Made by a program: the position numbers and the translations under genes
Notes under the pieces: generated by a model
What the model was told of the DNA's origin: nothing
The model's database searches: none
Seen by the model: the letters and a program-made list of their open reading frames with translations, nothing else
Shown here: piece by piece, positions 22,547 to 32,856 of the stretch
How positions within the stretch are numbered: the stretch's first letter is position 1
Layout: each line of letters starts with the position of its first letter
Origin: Promethearchaeota archaeon
GTDB taxonomy: Archaea; Asgardarchaeota; Lokiarchaeia; Sigyniarchaeales; SOKP01
DNA: 55,464 nucleotides
Direction: 5' to 3'
Assembly: GCA_048938025.1 (NCBI GenBank)
Contig: JBHLMP010000025.1
Span: forward strand, 1-55,464

Positions 22547-23572
22547 ATGGAGAAAATTCTCGTTTTAGGCGGAAAAGGAGGAGTGGGAAAAAGCTCTATT
22601 AGCGCTGCTACAGCAGTTTTATTATCAGATTTGCTCCCTAATAAAAAGATACTTCTGATTTCTTTTGATATGGCACACAATCTTAGTGACCTATTTCAAT
22701 TACAGATTAATAATAAGCTTACTCCATTATCTAGAAACCTCTGGGGAATTGAACCCGATGCTAATATATATGCTGAGGAATACACAAAAGAACTGATACA
22801 AAAAATGAAAACCCTTATGAAACAGATGCCTATTGTTGGGATGATCCCCCAAATTGAAAAATTTATAGATAAAACTTTTACAGCAGATTCTATTCCATTG
22901 GCTTTAAAAAATGCCATGTTTTTTCAAAAAATTTTAGACGCTGAAGATATTAATGCTGATGATGTTCAATTTGATATAATTATCGCAGATTTCCCTCCTA
23001 CTGCAAACATGATTACTTTATTTGAGATTCCGGAAGATCAAGTAAAAGTAGTTTTAAAATATTCTTTAAACTTCTATAATTCAATTAAAGGAGCTATTAG
23101 AAATGTTTCAAAAATGTGGAGGAATATCATAAAACCCTTTGATGATCATGACCAAAGAAGAGAATTAGGAAGAGAAATTTTTAATATGGTTGTAGAGCTT
23201 GAAAAGCGGGGAGAACGAATTTCAAACTTAATTCATGATATTGGTTCACTTAGACTTGTCACTATTGCTGAAAAGCCGAGTTTTGAGGAAATAAAAAGAG
23301 CTAGAGATTTAACGGAAAAATATATTAAATTAGAGGGTGTTCACATAAATATGATTACTCCTGAAGCAAAAAAATGTGATTTTTGCAATATTCTACGTTC
23401 AAATCAACTAAAATATATAAAAGAAATTAACATTGAATTCAAAAAATTAAAGATCTGGCAATCTAACAGGCTTAAAGAAGAACCTATTGGAATAAATGGT
23501 TTGAAAAAATTAGCTTATGAGATTTATGGGGTAGATATTCACGCAGAGAATATTTTAAACCCAAAAATATAA
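22547..23572 (+). CDS. ArsA/GET3(TRC40)-family ATPase, single domain
   Basis: GKGGVGKS, SFDMAHNLSD, DFPPTA, C-terminal CDFC, EPIG. Confidence 0.9.
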   Translation: MEKILVLGGKGGVGKSSISAATAVLLSDLLPNKKILLISFDMAHNLSDLFQLQINNKLTPLSRNLWGIEPDANIYAEEYTKELIQKMKTLMKQMPIVGMIPQIEKFIDKTFTADSIPLALKNAMFFQKILDAEDINADDVQFDIIIADFPPTANMITLFEIPEDQVKVVLKYSLNFYNSIKGAIRNVSKMWRNIIKPFDDHDQRRELGREIFNMVVELEKRGERISNLIHDIGSLRLVTIAEKPSFEEIKRARDLTEKYIKLEGVHINMITPEAKKCDFCNILRSNQLKYIKEINIEFKKLKIWQSNRLKEEPIGINGLKKLAYEIYGVDIHAENILNPKI

Positions 23573-23610
23573 TAATATAAAAAAGAATAAGCTTTTAAAA
23601 GGGTAAAGTT

Positions 23611-24879
23611 TTAGGTTCCTTCAAGATAACCATGGATATAATTATATTGTTCTTTTGTTAATTTATCGATCTCAATACCCATTGATTCTAATTTTAGAAA
23701 ACCAACTTTATCAACAATTTCAGAAGGAATATCTATTATACCAGGTTTAAGATAGTCCTTATTTTCTACTATATATTCAGATATTAAAGATTGCAGGGCA
23801 AAAGACATATCCATAACTTCGCTAGGATGCCCTTCAGATAATACAAGATTTGCCAAGCGCCCCTTTGCCAATAAATATATTTTATTACCATTTGGAAGTG
23901 TTAATTCCTCAACGTGTCTACGAATAGGTTTAATTTCTATTGCGTATTCGTATAATTCTTTTGTGGGGATTTCAATATCAAAGTGTCCCAAATTTCCAAG
24001 AATAACTCCATCCTTAAACATGTCAAATACTTCAGGTTTTGGAGGTATAACATGCTTACAACCAGTTGAAGTTAGGATAATGTCTGCATCTTGAATTGCT
24101 CTAGCAATTGGCATAACCTGATATCCTGCGAACCTTGCTTGAAGTGCTTTTATTGGATCAACTTCAGTTATAATAACATCAGCTCCTAAACCTCTTGCTC
24201 TAAGTGCCATTCCTGAACTACAATGGCCATAACCTGCAATGACTACTTTCTTACCCGCAAACAGAACATGCATCCCGTAAATTGCTGAAATTATCCCTTG
24301 TCCTGTACCTAGTTCATTATCGAACTGATTTTTACATCTTGCATCATTTACAGGAAATAATGGAACTTTTAATGCTCCTTGTTTCTCCATAGCCCTAAAT
24401 CTCTTTACTCCTGTGGTTGTTTCCTCTTGGCATCCAATAATAGTTCCGCTTTCTATTAATTCTGGAAATTCATTATGCAATGTAACGATCATATCTGCTC
24501 CATCATCAATTAAGATATTTGGTTTAGCTTCTAAGCATTGTCTTATACACCAATAAAATTCTTCATCTGTATTGCCATGCCACGCGAATACATTTATATT
24601 TTCTTTAATCAGAGCCGCAGCAACATCATCTTGGGTAGATAATGGATTACTACCGCATAGATAAACTTCTGCACCTCCCGATTTTAATGTTCGAGCTAAG
24701 TTTCCCGTTTCTTTAGTGATATGAAGACATCCTGCGATAGTCACACCTTCTAAAGGCTTTTCCTTTGTAAATCTATCTCGAATTACTTTAGCAGTTATAG
24801 GCATTTTCCTCTCCGCAATATATAATGCTTCTTTTCCCTTTTCACTTAAAGACTTATCAGCGATTTTGTAATTTACCAT
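23611..24879 (-). CDS. ahcY: S-adenosylhomocysteine hydrolase
   Basis: GCLHIT, SNPLSTQD, EETTTG, GHFD, GRLANL, GHPSEVMDMSF; start taken at the second ATG. Confidence 0.97.
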   Translation of the reverse strand: MVNYKIADKSLSEKGKEALYIAERKMPITAKVIRDRFTKEKPLEGVTIAGCLHITKETGNLARTLKSGGAEVYLCGSNPLSTQDDVAAALIKENINVFAWHGNTDEEFYWCIRQCLEAKPNILIDDGADMIVTLHNEFPELIESGTIIGCQEETTTGVKRFRAMEKQGALKVPLFPVNDARCKNQFDNELGTGQGIISAIYGMHVLFAGKKVVIAGYGHCSSGMALRARGLGADVIITEVDPIKALQARFAGYQVMPIARAIQDADIILTSTGCKHVIPPKPEVFDMFKDGVILGNLGHFDIEIPTKELYEYAIEIKPIRRHVEELTLPNGNKIYLLAKGRLANLVLSEGHPSEVMDMSFALQSLISEYIVENKDYLKPGIIDIPSEIVDKVGFLKLESMGIEIDKLTKEQYNYIHGYLEGT

Positions 24880-25006
24880 TTTATAAATCATATATTTTAA
24901 ATTATTATGATTAATATTAGTAATTTTATGATTTTATTTAAATATAACCTTGGAAAATTGTATAATAATTATGAAAAATTTAAGCAAATTATTATTTATT
25001 TAAAAA

Positions 25007-25942
25007 ATGCATACTGGATTAATACAAAAATTGTATTCCAAAACAAAACCGAATATTACAAAAATTTCAAGAGAATTAAAGATTACAAGAGTTACTTTCC
25101 AAAATAGATTTGAACAGTTAGCTCGAGAACATGTTATCAAGAACTTCACTATAAATATTAATCCAAATATTTCACCAAATTTGAAATATATCATTCTTGA
25201 AATAAAAACTAATCCAAAAGAACCTCATCTTGTAGAAGAATTACAAAAAATACCTCAGTTAAAAATTTTAGATGGAATTTTTGGTGAGTTTTCACTCCTT
25301 ACTTTATTTATTTTTAAAGATTCAAATGAATTTAGCCAAGTTTTAGATTCAATTGATAAAATAATGTCAAATTCTTATTTTAAAAAATATCAATTAGTTG
25401 AAGCAATTAGAGTTTATAAAACCTATGGAATTGAATTAACTAAAGTTAGACTAGATGTCAATTATGCTTTGGATAAGATAGATCATTTAATTTTAAAAAT
25501 TTTGGAATACGATCAAGGATTAAAACTGCTCTCTACTTTTGAAATTTCTCAGATATTAAAAAGAAAATATCAAATTGAGATTTCTCAGTCAACAATTTAC
25601 AATAGGATTAAAAATCTTGAACAAACAGGAATTATCTTAAATTATGCAATAAATTTTAATCCAAGTAAATTAGGATTTAAGGGAAAATTTTTTATTAGAA
25701 TCAAACCAAGAGATACTTCAAAATATAACCAAATTGCTTTAAAATTAGAAAAGAAGCAAGAAATCACTCATCTATTTAGGATTGGTGAACAATATGGATT
25801 ATTTGCCATTGTTCGAGTAAGAAATATTGAAGATTATGCATATTTTATAAAGTATCTTTATGAAACAGAAGAAATAGAAGATACTTTTACCATTTTTGTC
25901 CTAGATGAGTTAAAACCATATACGAATTTTAAGTTTTATTAA
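25007..25942 (+). CDS. Tandem-duplicated Lrp/AsnC transcriptional regulator
   Basis: Two HTH+RAM units (NITKISRELKITRVT; SQSTIYNRIKNLEQTGII...NPSKLG). Confidence 0.85.
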   Translation: MHTGLIQKLYSKTKPNITKISRELKITRVTFQNRFEQLAREHVIKNFTININPNISPNLKYIILEIKTNPKEPHLVEELQKIPQLKILDGIFGEFSLLTLFIFKDSNEFSQVLDSIDKIMSNSYFKKYQLVEAIRVYKTYGIELTKVRLDVNYALDKIDHLILKILEYDQGLKLLSTFEISQILKRKYQIEISQSTIYNRIKNLEQTGIILNYAINFNPSKLGFKGKFFIRIKPRDTSKYNQIALKLEKKQEITHLFRIGEQYGLFAIVRVRNIEDYAYFIKYLYETEEIEDTFTIFVLDELKPYTNFKFY

Positions 25943-26085
25943 AAAAACTGTTTTATAAATCCAAAAAAAATTGTGGAATTTAGGAAATTTATTTCTAATT
26001 ACATGTAACTAAATTCTTAATAACTTTCGGATATTCCATTAATTAATACGAAAAATAAATCCTATAATCTCTTTTATTAAAAAAG

Positions 26086-28173
26086 ATGACTCGTTTTTTT
26101 GAAGTAATAAGTACTACGGTTGGTTATTCAAGAATAGGACGCGTTTTAATATCTAAAAAACCTAAAATTTATGGCAAAACACCTAATATCCTTATTCCTA
26201 TAAGAAATATTTTAATGCATCAATTGGATTTTATAGAACAATTTGAAAACCATGATTTTTTCGTAATTACTAAAGAAATATTTTTAAAAATTAGTTTTAT
26301 CAGGGATAAATTCAAAAAAACAGGATTTATTTTTACTCACACAGGGAAATTAGAAAGATTTCAACAATTGTTGGTTGAAAATTCAGATATTTTTTTTGAG
26401 GATAATATAATATCAATAATTCCATTTAATATTCCAACTACAATTATTAATAAGGATTTTGTTCATTGGGAAATTGAAAATTATATTAATTCTGCTGAAA
26501 AAATTCTAAAAAATAATCCGAATCTTAATTTTGGTATAACTATAAAAATATTTGATTACCCTAAATTAGTTAATCTATATTTTCCACTAATAAGAAACAA
26601 TGAAAATATTAAAATATTAAATTTAACGGATATTTTCGATAATTTTAGCAACTATAGAAACATAATTGGACTTCTTGTCGAAATTAAAACACATTTAGAT
26701 AACAATATTATTATAATGGCTTCTGGTAGGGTAATTCCTAAATTTTATCCAATTTTAATATACCTTGGAGTCGATCTAATAGACAGCTCTTACTTAATGT
26801 ATTTATCAGGAGAAAATTTCTATGATTCGATAGAATACTTGTTACCAATCTATAAAATAAAATTTTTACCTTGTTCTTGTGTTGCGTGTCAAGGAAAATT
26901 AAAGAATTTATTAGAAGATAAATATTCAGCCGAAAAAAGTGATCTACTTTGTTTACATAATTTAATATCAGCGTTTAATTATATGAAAAAAATCAAACAG
27001 TATATATCTTATGAAGATTTTAGAGCATTTGTCGAAAAATCTTCTCTAGATGATACTAATGTAATTTCAATTCTAAAGATTTTAGATAAATCTTATTTTG
27101 ACCTCATGAGATATGAGACACCAATATTCCAAGAAAATAAAAATATTAAGTGTTTTGGGCCTTCATCATATTATAGACCGGATTTTCAAGAATTTAGAGT
27201 AAGAACCATTGAACATTTTAAGCCAGAACCATGGACTAAACTAATTATACTTCTTCCATGTTCTGCCAAAAAACCATATTCAGAATCAAAGTCACATAAA
27301 CTATTTCATAAGGCAATTAGAAAATTTCCTGAATTTCCATTATTCCAGGAATTTATATTAACTTCACCTTTAGGGATCATTCCAAGACAATTAGAAAATA
27401 TTTATCCTGCTAATTCATATGATATTTCAGTTACAGGAGAATGGGATCCTGAGGAACTTAATATTGCCGTAGAAATGCTTATAAAAGTATTAGAGAACTA
27501 TAATGAAGATATTCCAATTATTTGTCATCTTGAAGGTGGTTATATTGAAATTGCCAAAAGAGCCGCTTCTAAATTGCGGAATAATTTCATCTTTTCTAAG
27601 ATATATGGAAAAGCAACCTCTAAAGAATCTCTTCAATCTTTGGAGAATATAATTAAAGAACAAAAAGATAAATTATTTGAAAACAAAAATTTACCAATAA
27701 AAGATTTTATATCAAAAACGTGGATAAGAAAGTTTATGAAAATATTAGATTATCAGTTTGGTCCCGGTTCAGGAGATAAAATTATGACTAGTGGAATAAT
27801 TCTAAAGAAAAATAAAGCTTCTACTCAAATTAGTTTAGTAAACTCTAATAATAATGAAGAAATAGGCAGTTTCAAATTTAAGACTGGTCAAATTAGCTTA
27901 ACTCTGAAAGGAGTTATTCAATTAACTCAGGATCCAAGTTCTATTAAATCCAATTATATTGTGTTTGATGGAGAAGAGATTATGGGAAACACATTATTTC
28001 GAGCAGGAATTTTAAATTGGAGTTCTGATCTAATTCCAAACAACCATGTTATTATTCTGGATAAAAAAAAGAAGAATGTAATTGGAATAGGAGAGCTTTT
28101 AGTAGGGTCAAACTTTATCAAAAATTCAAAAGCAGGAAGGATAGTAAAAATTTATGAAAAAGCACAATTCTAA
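26086..28173 (+). CDS. arcS: Archaeosine synthase ArcS (TGT paralog with PUA domain)
   Basis: LGVDLID, CSCVAC..HN, LPCSAKKPYSESKSH, TSPLGIIPRQLE, C-terminal PUA. Confidence 0.9.
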   Translation: MTRFFEVISTTVGYSRIGRVLISKKPKIYGKTPNILIPIRNILMHQLDFIEQFENHDFFVITKEIFLKISFIRDKFKKTGFIFTHTGKLERFQQLLVENSDIFFEDNIISIIPFNIPTTIINKDFVHWEIENYINSAEKILKNNPNLNFGITIKIFDYPKLVNLYFPLIRNNENIKILNLTDIFDNFSNYRNIIGLLVEIKTHLDNNIIIMASGRVIPKFYPILIYLGVDLIDSSYLMYLSGENFYDSIEYLLPIYKIKFLPCSCVACQGKLKNLLEDKYSAEKSDLLCLHNLISAFNYMKKIKQYISYEDFRAFVEKSSLDDTNVISILKILDKSYFDLMRYETPIFQENKNIKCFGPSSYYRPDFQEFRVRTIEHFKPEPWTKLIILLPCSAKKPYSESKSHKLFHKAIRKFPEFPLFQEFILTSPLGIIPRQLENIYPANSYDISVTGEWDPEELNIAVEMLIKVLENYNEDIPIICHLEGGYIEIAKRAASKLRNNFIFSKIYGKATSKESLQSLENIIKEQKDKLFENKNLPIKDFISKTWIRKFMKILDYQFGPGSGDKIMTSGIILKKNKASTQISLVNSNNNEEIGSFKFKTGQISLTLKGVIQLTQDPSSIKSNYIVFDGEEIMGNTLFRAGILNWSSDLIPNNHVIILDKKKKNVIGIGELLVGSNFIKNSKAGRIVKIYEKAQF

Positions 28174-29254
28174 GATTACCTACAATGAATCATTGATCGA
28201 AAAAATATTTTTTTATAGGCAACAAACCTTAAAAAGAAAGAAAAAATACGATCAAGAGCAATTAAGCAAGCCAATAACTTTTTGGATAAAAAAGGAAAGA
28301 CTTTTAGGTGAAATTGGGAAGGAACTCACTATTATTTTGAGGACTAGAGGATGTGATTGGGCATTAGGTACTCATGGTGGATGCTCAATGTGCGGTTATA
28401 TTAAAGACGCTAATATAGAAAATGTTGCTCCTACGCAAATAAAAAATCAGTTTGATTATGCTCTAAGTAATAAATTAAATGAAATCAATAAAGATACTGA
28501 TAATTATGTTATAAAATTATTTAATTCTGGTAGTTTTCTTGATGAGGGTGAAATAAGTGAAAATGTTCGAAGATATATTTATGAAAAAATCGCAAGCATA
28601 GGAAAAATTAAAGAGGTTGTTCTGGAATCACGAGTAGAGTATATAACTCCAGATAAACTCATTGAAGTAAAGCGATATTTAAAAAATAAATATCTTGAGA
28701 TTGGAATAGGACTTGAAACTATAGATGATTACATAAGAAATAATTATATCAATAAGGGGCTTTTATTTAGTGATTTTAAAAATACTATTCAAATATGTAA
28801 AGAACATAATATTGGGGTAAAAGTATATCTATTATTTAAACCTCCATTCGTAAATGAACAAGGAGCAATAGATGACTGTGAAAATTCAATAAAAGAATTA
28901 ATAGATTTAAAAGTAAATTCTATATCAATAAATCCTTTGAATATTCAAAAAGGTACATTTGCAGAATTTTTATGGTTTCAAAAAAGATATAGACCACCAT
29001 GGTATTACTCACTATTTAAATGTTTAAAAAGATCATTATCACCAGAGGATTTAAAAACAGTGAGAATTTTATCTGATCCTTCAGGAGCAGGAACTAAAAG
29101 GGGGATTCATAATTGTCTAAAGAGGAAATGTGAGAGCTCTGCCAAAGAAGTTTTAAGAAAGTTTGTTCTTACTCAAGATTTAAGAGAATTAGATAAAGAG
29201 ATATTTAATTGTAACTGTAAAAAAAAGTATAAAATGCAAAAATCTTATTATTGA
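28154..29254 (+). CDS. Archaeosine biosynthesis radical SAM protein (RaSEA-like)
   Basis: ILRTRGCDW....GGCSMCGY, FNSGSFLD, ESR, YRPPW, RGIHNC; overlaps arcS. Confidence 0.9.
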   Translation: MKKHNSKITYNESLIEKIFFYRQQTLKRKKKYDQEQLSKPITFWIKKERLLGEIGKELTIILRTRGCDWALGTHGGCSMCGYIKDANIENVAPTQIKNQFDYALSNKLNEINKDTDNYVIKLFNSGSFLDEGEISENVRRYIYEKIASIGKIKEVVLESRVEYITPDKLIEVKRYLKNKYLEIGIGLETIDDYIRNNYINKGLLFSDFKNTIQICKEHNIGVKVYLLFKPPFVNEQGAIDDCENSIKELIDLKVNSISINPLNIQKGTFAEFLWFQKRYRPPWYYSLFKCLKRSLSPEDLKTVRILSDPSGAGTKRGIHNCLKRKCESSAKEVLRKFVLTQDLRELDKEIFNCNCKKKYKMQKSYY

Positions 29255-29395
29255 ACGTCTCTATTTCATGATTAGCTTTTTTTGTTATAAGAGGATTTAC
29301 CATTTTTGTAATTTATTATCAAAAAAACCATTATATTTAAATAATAACCATCAATGTTTTATTTTATATTTGAATTACTAAGCTAGGCATTACGC

Positions 29396-29644
29396 TTGAA
29401 AAACTGGGTTAATTTAAATCTACTGTATGTTGGCAAATCAAAAAAGCATTATATTTTTAGAGCAAAACAATGGAATAGAAAATTAGAAAAATTGCTAAAA
29501 CAATCACTTTTTAATGAAAAATATGAGAAGATTGGATATATTAAAGATATATTTGGCCCATTTGAATTACCGTTTCTTTCAATAAAAACCTTACCTGGTC
29601 AGCAATTTGACCCTAATGATAAATTTTATGCTAAATTGACCTAG
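29396..29644 (+). CDS. gar1: H/ACA RNP protein Gar1
   Basis: KIGYIKDIFGP..P; conserved gar1-tfb linkage. Confidence 0.82.
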   Translation: MKNWVNLNLLYVGKSKKHYIFRAKQWNRKLEKLLKQSLFNEKYEKIGYIKDIFGPFELPFLSIKTLPGQQFDPNDKFYAKLT

Positions 29645-29691
29645 ATTTTTAAAGATCTTTTTAAAAAATGTTTTAAAATAAGGTGTAATCT

Positions 29692-30663
29692 ATTTCAAGT
29701 TGGAAGGAACTTAATGCAGAAGTAGAGGAGAACTTAAGTATAGAAAATAATATCTGTACAGAATGTGGAAAAAGCATTTTTTTTGATGAAAATAGAGGAT
29801 TATTAGTTTGTGAAGAATGTGGTTTAGTTCACTCAGAGAAACATATTGATCGGGGCCCAGAATGGAGAGCTTTTGATGCAGATCAAAAAAAGAAAAGAAC
29901 TAGGACAGGAGCACCTATGACTTATATGATCCATGATAAAGGTCTCAGTACAATGATTGACTGGAAAAATCGAGACATTTTTGGAAAAGAGATTCCTGCT
30001 AAATTACGGGGTCAAATATATCGACTTCGGAAATGGCAATCTCGGATTAGAATATCTGATGCAACCGAAAGAAATCTCACTTTTGCTTTAAGTGAACTTG
30101 ATCGAATGGCTTCAAATCTTGATCTTCAAAAGAATCTAAGAGAATGTGCAGCAAAAGTTTATCGTGATGCTGTTGAGGCTAATCTTATCCGTGGTAGAAG
30201 TATAGAAGGTGTAGCAGCTGCTAGTTTATATGCTGCTTGTAGAATGTATAAAGTTCCTCGAACACTTAATGAAATTGCTGATGTAGCACGCGTAGATAAG
30301 AAAGAAATTGGTAGATCTTTCAGATTTGTCTCTAATGAGTTAGACTTAAATTTAAATCCAACCAAGCCAATAGATTTTCTTACAAGATTTATCTCTGAAC
30401 TCAAGTTAAGTACAAGATGCCAAAAAATGGCAAAAATTATTATTCGAATGGCAGAAGAACGTGGTTTAACTTCTGGTAGAGGTCCAACAGGAGTTTGTGC
30501 TGCAGCTATTTATGCAGCGAGTAGTTTAACGAAAGAAAGAAGAACTCAAAGAAGGATTGCTCTTATAACAGGGGTAACAGAAGTAACTGTTCGTAATAGG
30601 TTTACTGAACTGATAGAAAATATAAATTTAGGGATATCCTTAAAGAGAAATAATAAATTATAA
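29692..30663 (+). CDS. tfb: Transcription initiation factor IIB (TFB)
   Basis: In-frame Zn ribbon CTECG...CEECGLV and B-reader GPEWRAF lie upstream of the ORF-track start; cyclin repeats RGRS, GRGP; inferred ATT start. Confidence 0.96.
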   Translation: MSSWKELNAEVEENLSIENNICTECGKSIFFDENRGLLVCEECGLVHSEKHIDRGPEWRAFDADQKKKRTRTGAPMTYMIHDKGLSTMIDWKNRDIFGKEIPAKLRGQIYRLRKWQSRIRISDATERNLTFALSELDRMASNLDLQKNLRECAAKVYRDAVEANLIRGRSIEGVAAASLYAACRMYKVPRTLNEIADVARVDKKEIGRSFRFVSNELDLNLNPTKPIDFLTRFISELKLSTRCQKMAKIIIRMAEERGLTSGRGPTGVCAAAIYAASSLTKERRTQRRIALITGVTEVTVRNRFTELIENINLGISLKRNNKL

Positions 30664-30751
30664 TTTATAGCTAATTAATATTAACTTTTTATAAGTTAAG
30701 ACATTATAGTTTATTTTATAGAGAAAATTTTAAGATATAACAATTCAAATT

Positions 30752-31345
30752 ATGAAAGTAGAATTAAGATCTAATGGAAAACCAAGACTGCCACCTGGTC
30801 AACATCTTGCGAAACGATTCCCTATTCTCCAAAAAGGAAGTGTAGTTCATCTTAATAGAGAAACATATAGGTTAACTTTAGAGGGAGAAGTTGAAAATCC
30901 TATGACTCTCACACTTCAAGATCTTGAAAAATTAAAAGATAAAGAAATTGTTGCAGATATTCACTGCGTTACGTCTTGGAGCAAATTTGATACAAAATGG
31001 GGTGGAATTTCTTTTTCAACGCTTTTTAAAATTATAAAACCAAAAGAAGTTGCTCATTTTGTTGAATTTTACTGTGCAGATGAAGGTTTTACAACCACAG
31101 TTCCTATTGAAAGGTTAAAAACAGATAAAGCTATTTTAGCATTAACTTACGAAGACCTTCCTATAAATAATCAACATGGAGGACCTGTACGCCCAATTAT
31201 TCCAGATTTATATTTTTATAAAAGTGCAAAATGGGTTATAAAAATAATATTTCTCAAGGAAGATAGATTGGGGTATTGGGAAAGAGGAGGGTATAGCAAT
31301 AAGGCAGATCCATGGAAGGAACAACGCTACAGTTATCACGATTAA
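30752..31345 (+). CDS. Sulfite-oxidase-like molybdopterin oxidoreductase
   Basis: RLPPGQ, DIHCVTSWS, HGGPVR, KSAKW, GYWERGGY. Confidence 0.9.
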   Translation: MKVELRSNGKPRLPPGQHLAKRFPILQKGSVVHLNRETYRLTLEGEVENPMTLTLQDLEKLKDKEIVADIHCVTSWSKFDTKWGGISFSTLFKIIKPKEVAHFVEFYCADEGFTTTVPIERLKTDKAILALTYEDLPINNQHGGPVRPIIPDLYFYKSAKWVIKIIFLKEDRLGYWERGGYSNKADPWKEQRYSYHD

Positions 31346-31497
31346 TATACAATTACGAAACATAATATAATTCGCATTAATTTGAAATAATTATTCTAAG
31401 TTAAATTATAATATCTTCATAATATAGCATTTAATGACTGAATTTTCTTATTTTTAACCTATCAATTCGATCAAATTGATAGGAAAGGTGTGAAAGA

Positions 31498-31833
31498 TTG
31501 GATGATCTAATAAAACAGGATGAGGTAAACTATTTCTTATATAGGATAGAAAAAAAGTTTCCAAATTTTGTAGCAGGAATTATTACGGACAAACATGGAT
31601 TTCCGGTCGCTTCATCTATTTCAAAAAGACTTTGGATCCTTGAAAATACATTAGCTTTATCTGCAGTTACTAAAAATAGAGACTTTATTGATGATTCTAA
31701 GCTTATCAAAATTAAAAAGGATTTAGATAAATCAAGAAATTATAAACTATTAATCTTATTAGAGAAGACAAAAGATTATAAGAGTCGATTAAAGCCATTG
31801 AAAGATTTAATTAAAACGCAAACACTTTTTTAA
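31498..31833 (+). CDS. Roadblock/LC7-like small protein (divergent)
   Basis: AGIITDKHGFPVAS motif; lies next to a roadblock gene. Confidence 0.55.
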   Translation: MDDLIKQDEVNYFLYRIEKKFPNFVAGIITDKHGFPVASSISKRLWILENTLALSAVTKNRDFIDDSKLIKIKKDLDKSRNYKLLILLEKTKDYKSRLKPLKDLIKTQTLF

Positions 31834-32033
31834 TCGTTTTATTTGTGGTAAAGGAAGTTAAGCAATTTTTATTAGGGGCTGTAAGAAAATAAATTACTTA
31901 CTTAAATTTTTAAATAAAAAATTTCATTATCTATTAGAATTGCTATAAACGCAAATGTTTAGTTTAAATAATTATTTTACAAGATTAAGAAAGCTTTTGA
32001 TAAAAATTAATGATTATTTAGGTTGACAAATTA

Positions 32034-32495
32034 GTGAGCTATTCTGAAGATGAATTTAAATTAAAACAAATTTTAACCACGATTATAAATAGTACTTCTG
32101 GTTTGAAGTATGCTATAATAATTGATGATACAGGAATAACTATCCTAAGTCAATCTAAATTTAAGTTTTCTAATGAAAATGATATCTCTGTTGAAAAGAT
32201 TGGAGCAATTGGAGGAGCTGTTTTTATTGCTGGAGAGGAACAAGGCCAAATTCTCGGATATGGAAAAATTGACCTGCAAATTACTGAATATTATGGGGGA
32301 ATGATTTTTTCAGCTAAAGTTGATCAGGGAGTGTTGTGTATTATTACTGACAAGAATGTTCAAATAGGTTTTATACGTGCCATCATGAAGAAATGGGCTC
32401 CTCAAATTGCTAAAATATTACGTAGGTACTTACAGGCTGAGCCCAAGGAGATTAGTAAAGAAATTAGAGAGTTATTTAATCAACACGTTGTTTAA
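32034..32495 (+). CDS. Roadblock/LC7 domain protein
   Basis: AIIIDDTGITI, EKIGAIGGAVF, VLCIITD..VQIGFI. Confidence 0.85.
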   Translation: MSYSEDEFKLKQILTTIINSTSGLKYAIIIDDTGITILSQSKFKFSNENDISVEKIGAIGGAVFIAGEEQGQILGYGKIDLQITEYYGGMIFSAKVDQGVLCIITDKNVQIGFIRAIMKKWAPQIAKILRRYLQAEPKEISKEIRELFNQHVV

Positions 32496-32537
32496 AAGCA
32501 GCATATTATTGTTGCCTAAAACACTAACACATTTTTC

Positions 32538-32807
32538 TCATTTAATGGATATACCATAAAATTGATAATGTTCTCTCGTGTTAGGCGTTAATTTATATGC
32601 CTTCTTGGGACAATAATCATGTACCCTGCCTGGGTATACTGGCGATAACCTCATAGCATGGTCCTTACCTTTGCTTGGTTAAGAGCCCATTTTTACAGGA
32701 TTAGTATTGATTATTAAACTCTGGCTGTTAGCATTACCATGCACTTCATAATCATCTTTTTTCATATGAGTCCTCGAAAATGCATTTATTCCATCATTGT
32801 TGTCCCA
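32538..32807 (-). pseudogene. Possible degraded gene fragment (one in-frame TAA)
   Basis: 90-codon frame WDNNDG...NPVKMGS*PSKG...HDYCPKKAYKL...; higher GC than its flanks; no clear start. Confidence 0.3.
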
Positions 32808-32856
32808 TTATAATAATATAAAGACTTAATTAAAAAATTTTTCTGAACTTGTTTTC

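Noticed and set aside
19679-25194. Short ORFs 19679-19861, 21004-21327, 22480-22680, 22696-22917, 24907-25107 and 25000-25194
   Set aside because: Overlap ftsY, dnaG, the ATPase or the Lrp gene; no independent support
32640-32690. Second BHB intron removing the in-frame TAA
   Set aside because: The stems do not give 3-4-3 geometry and would not excise the stop
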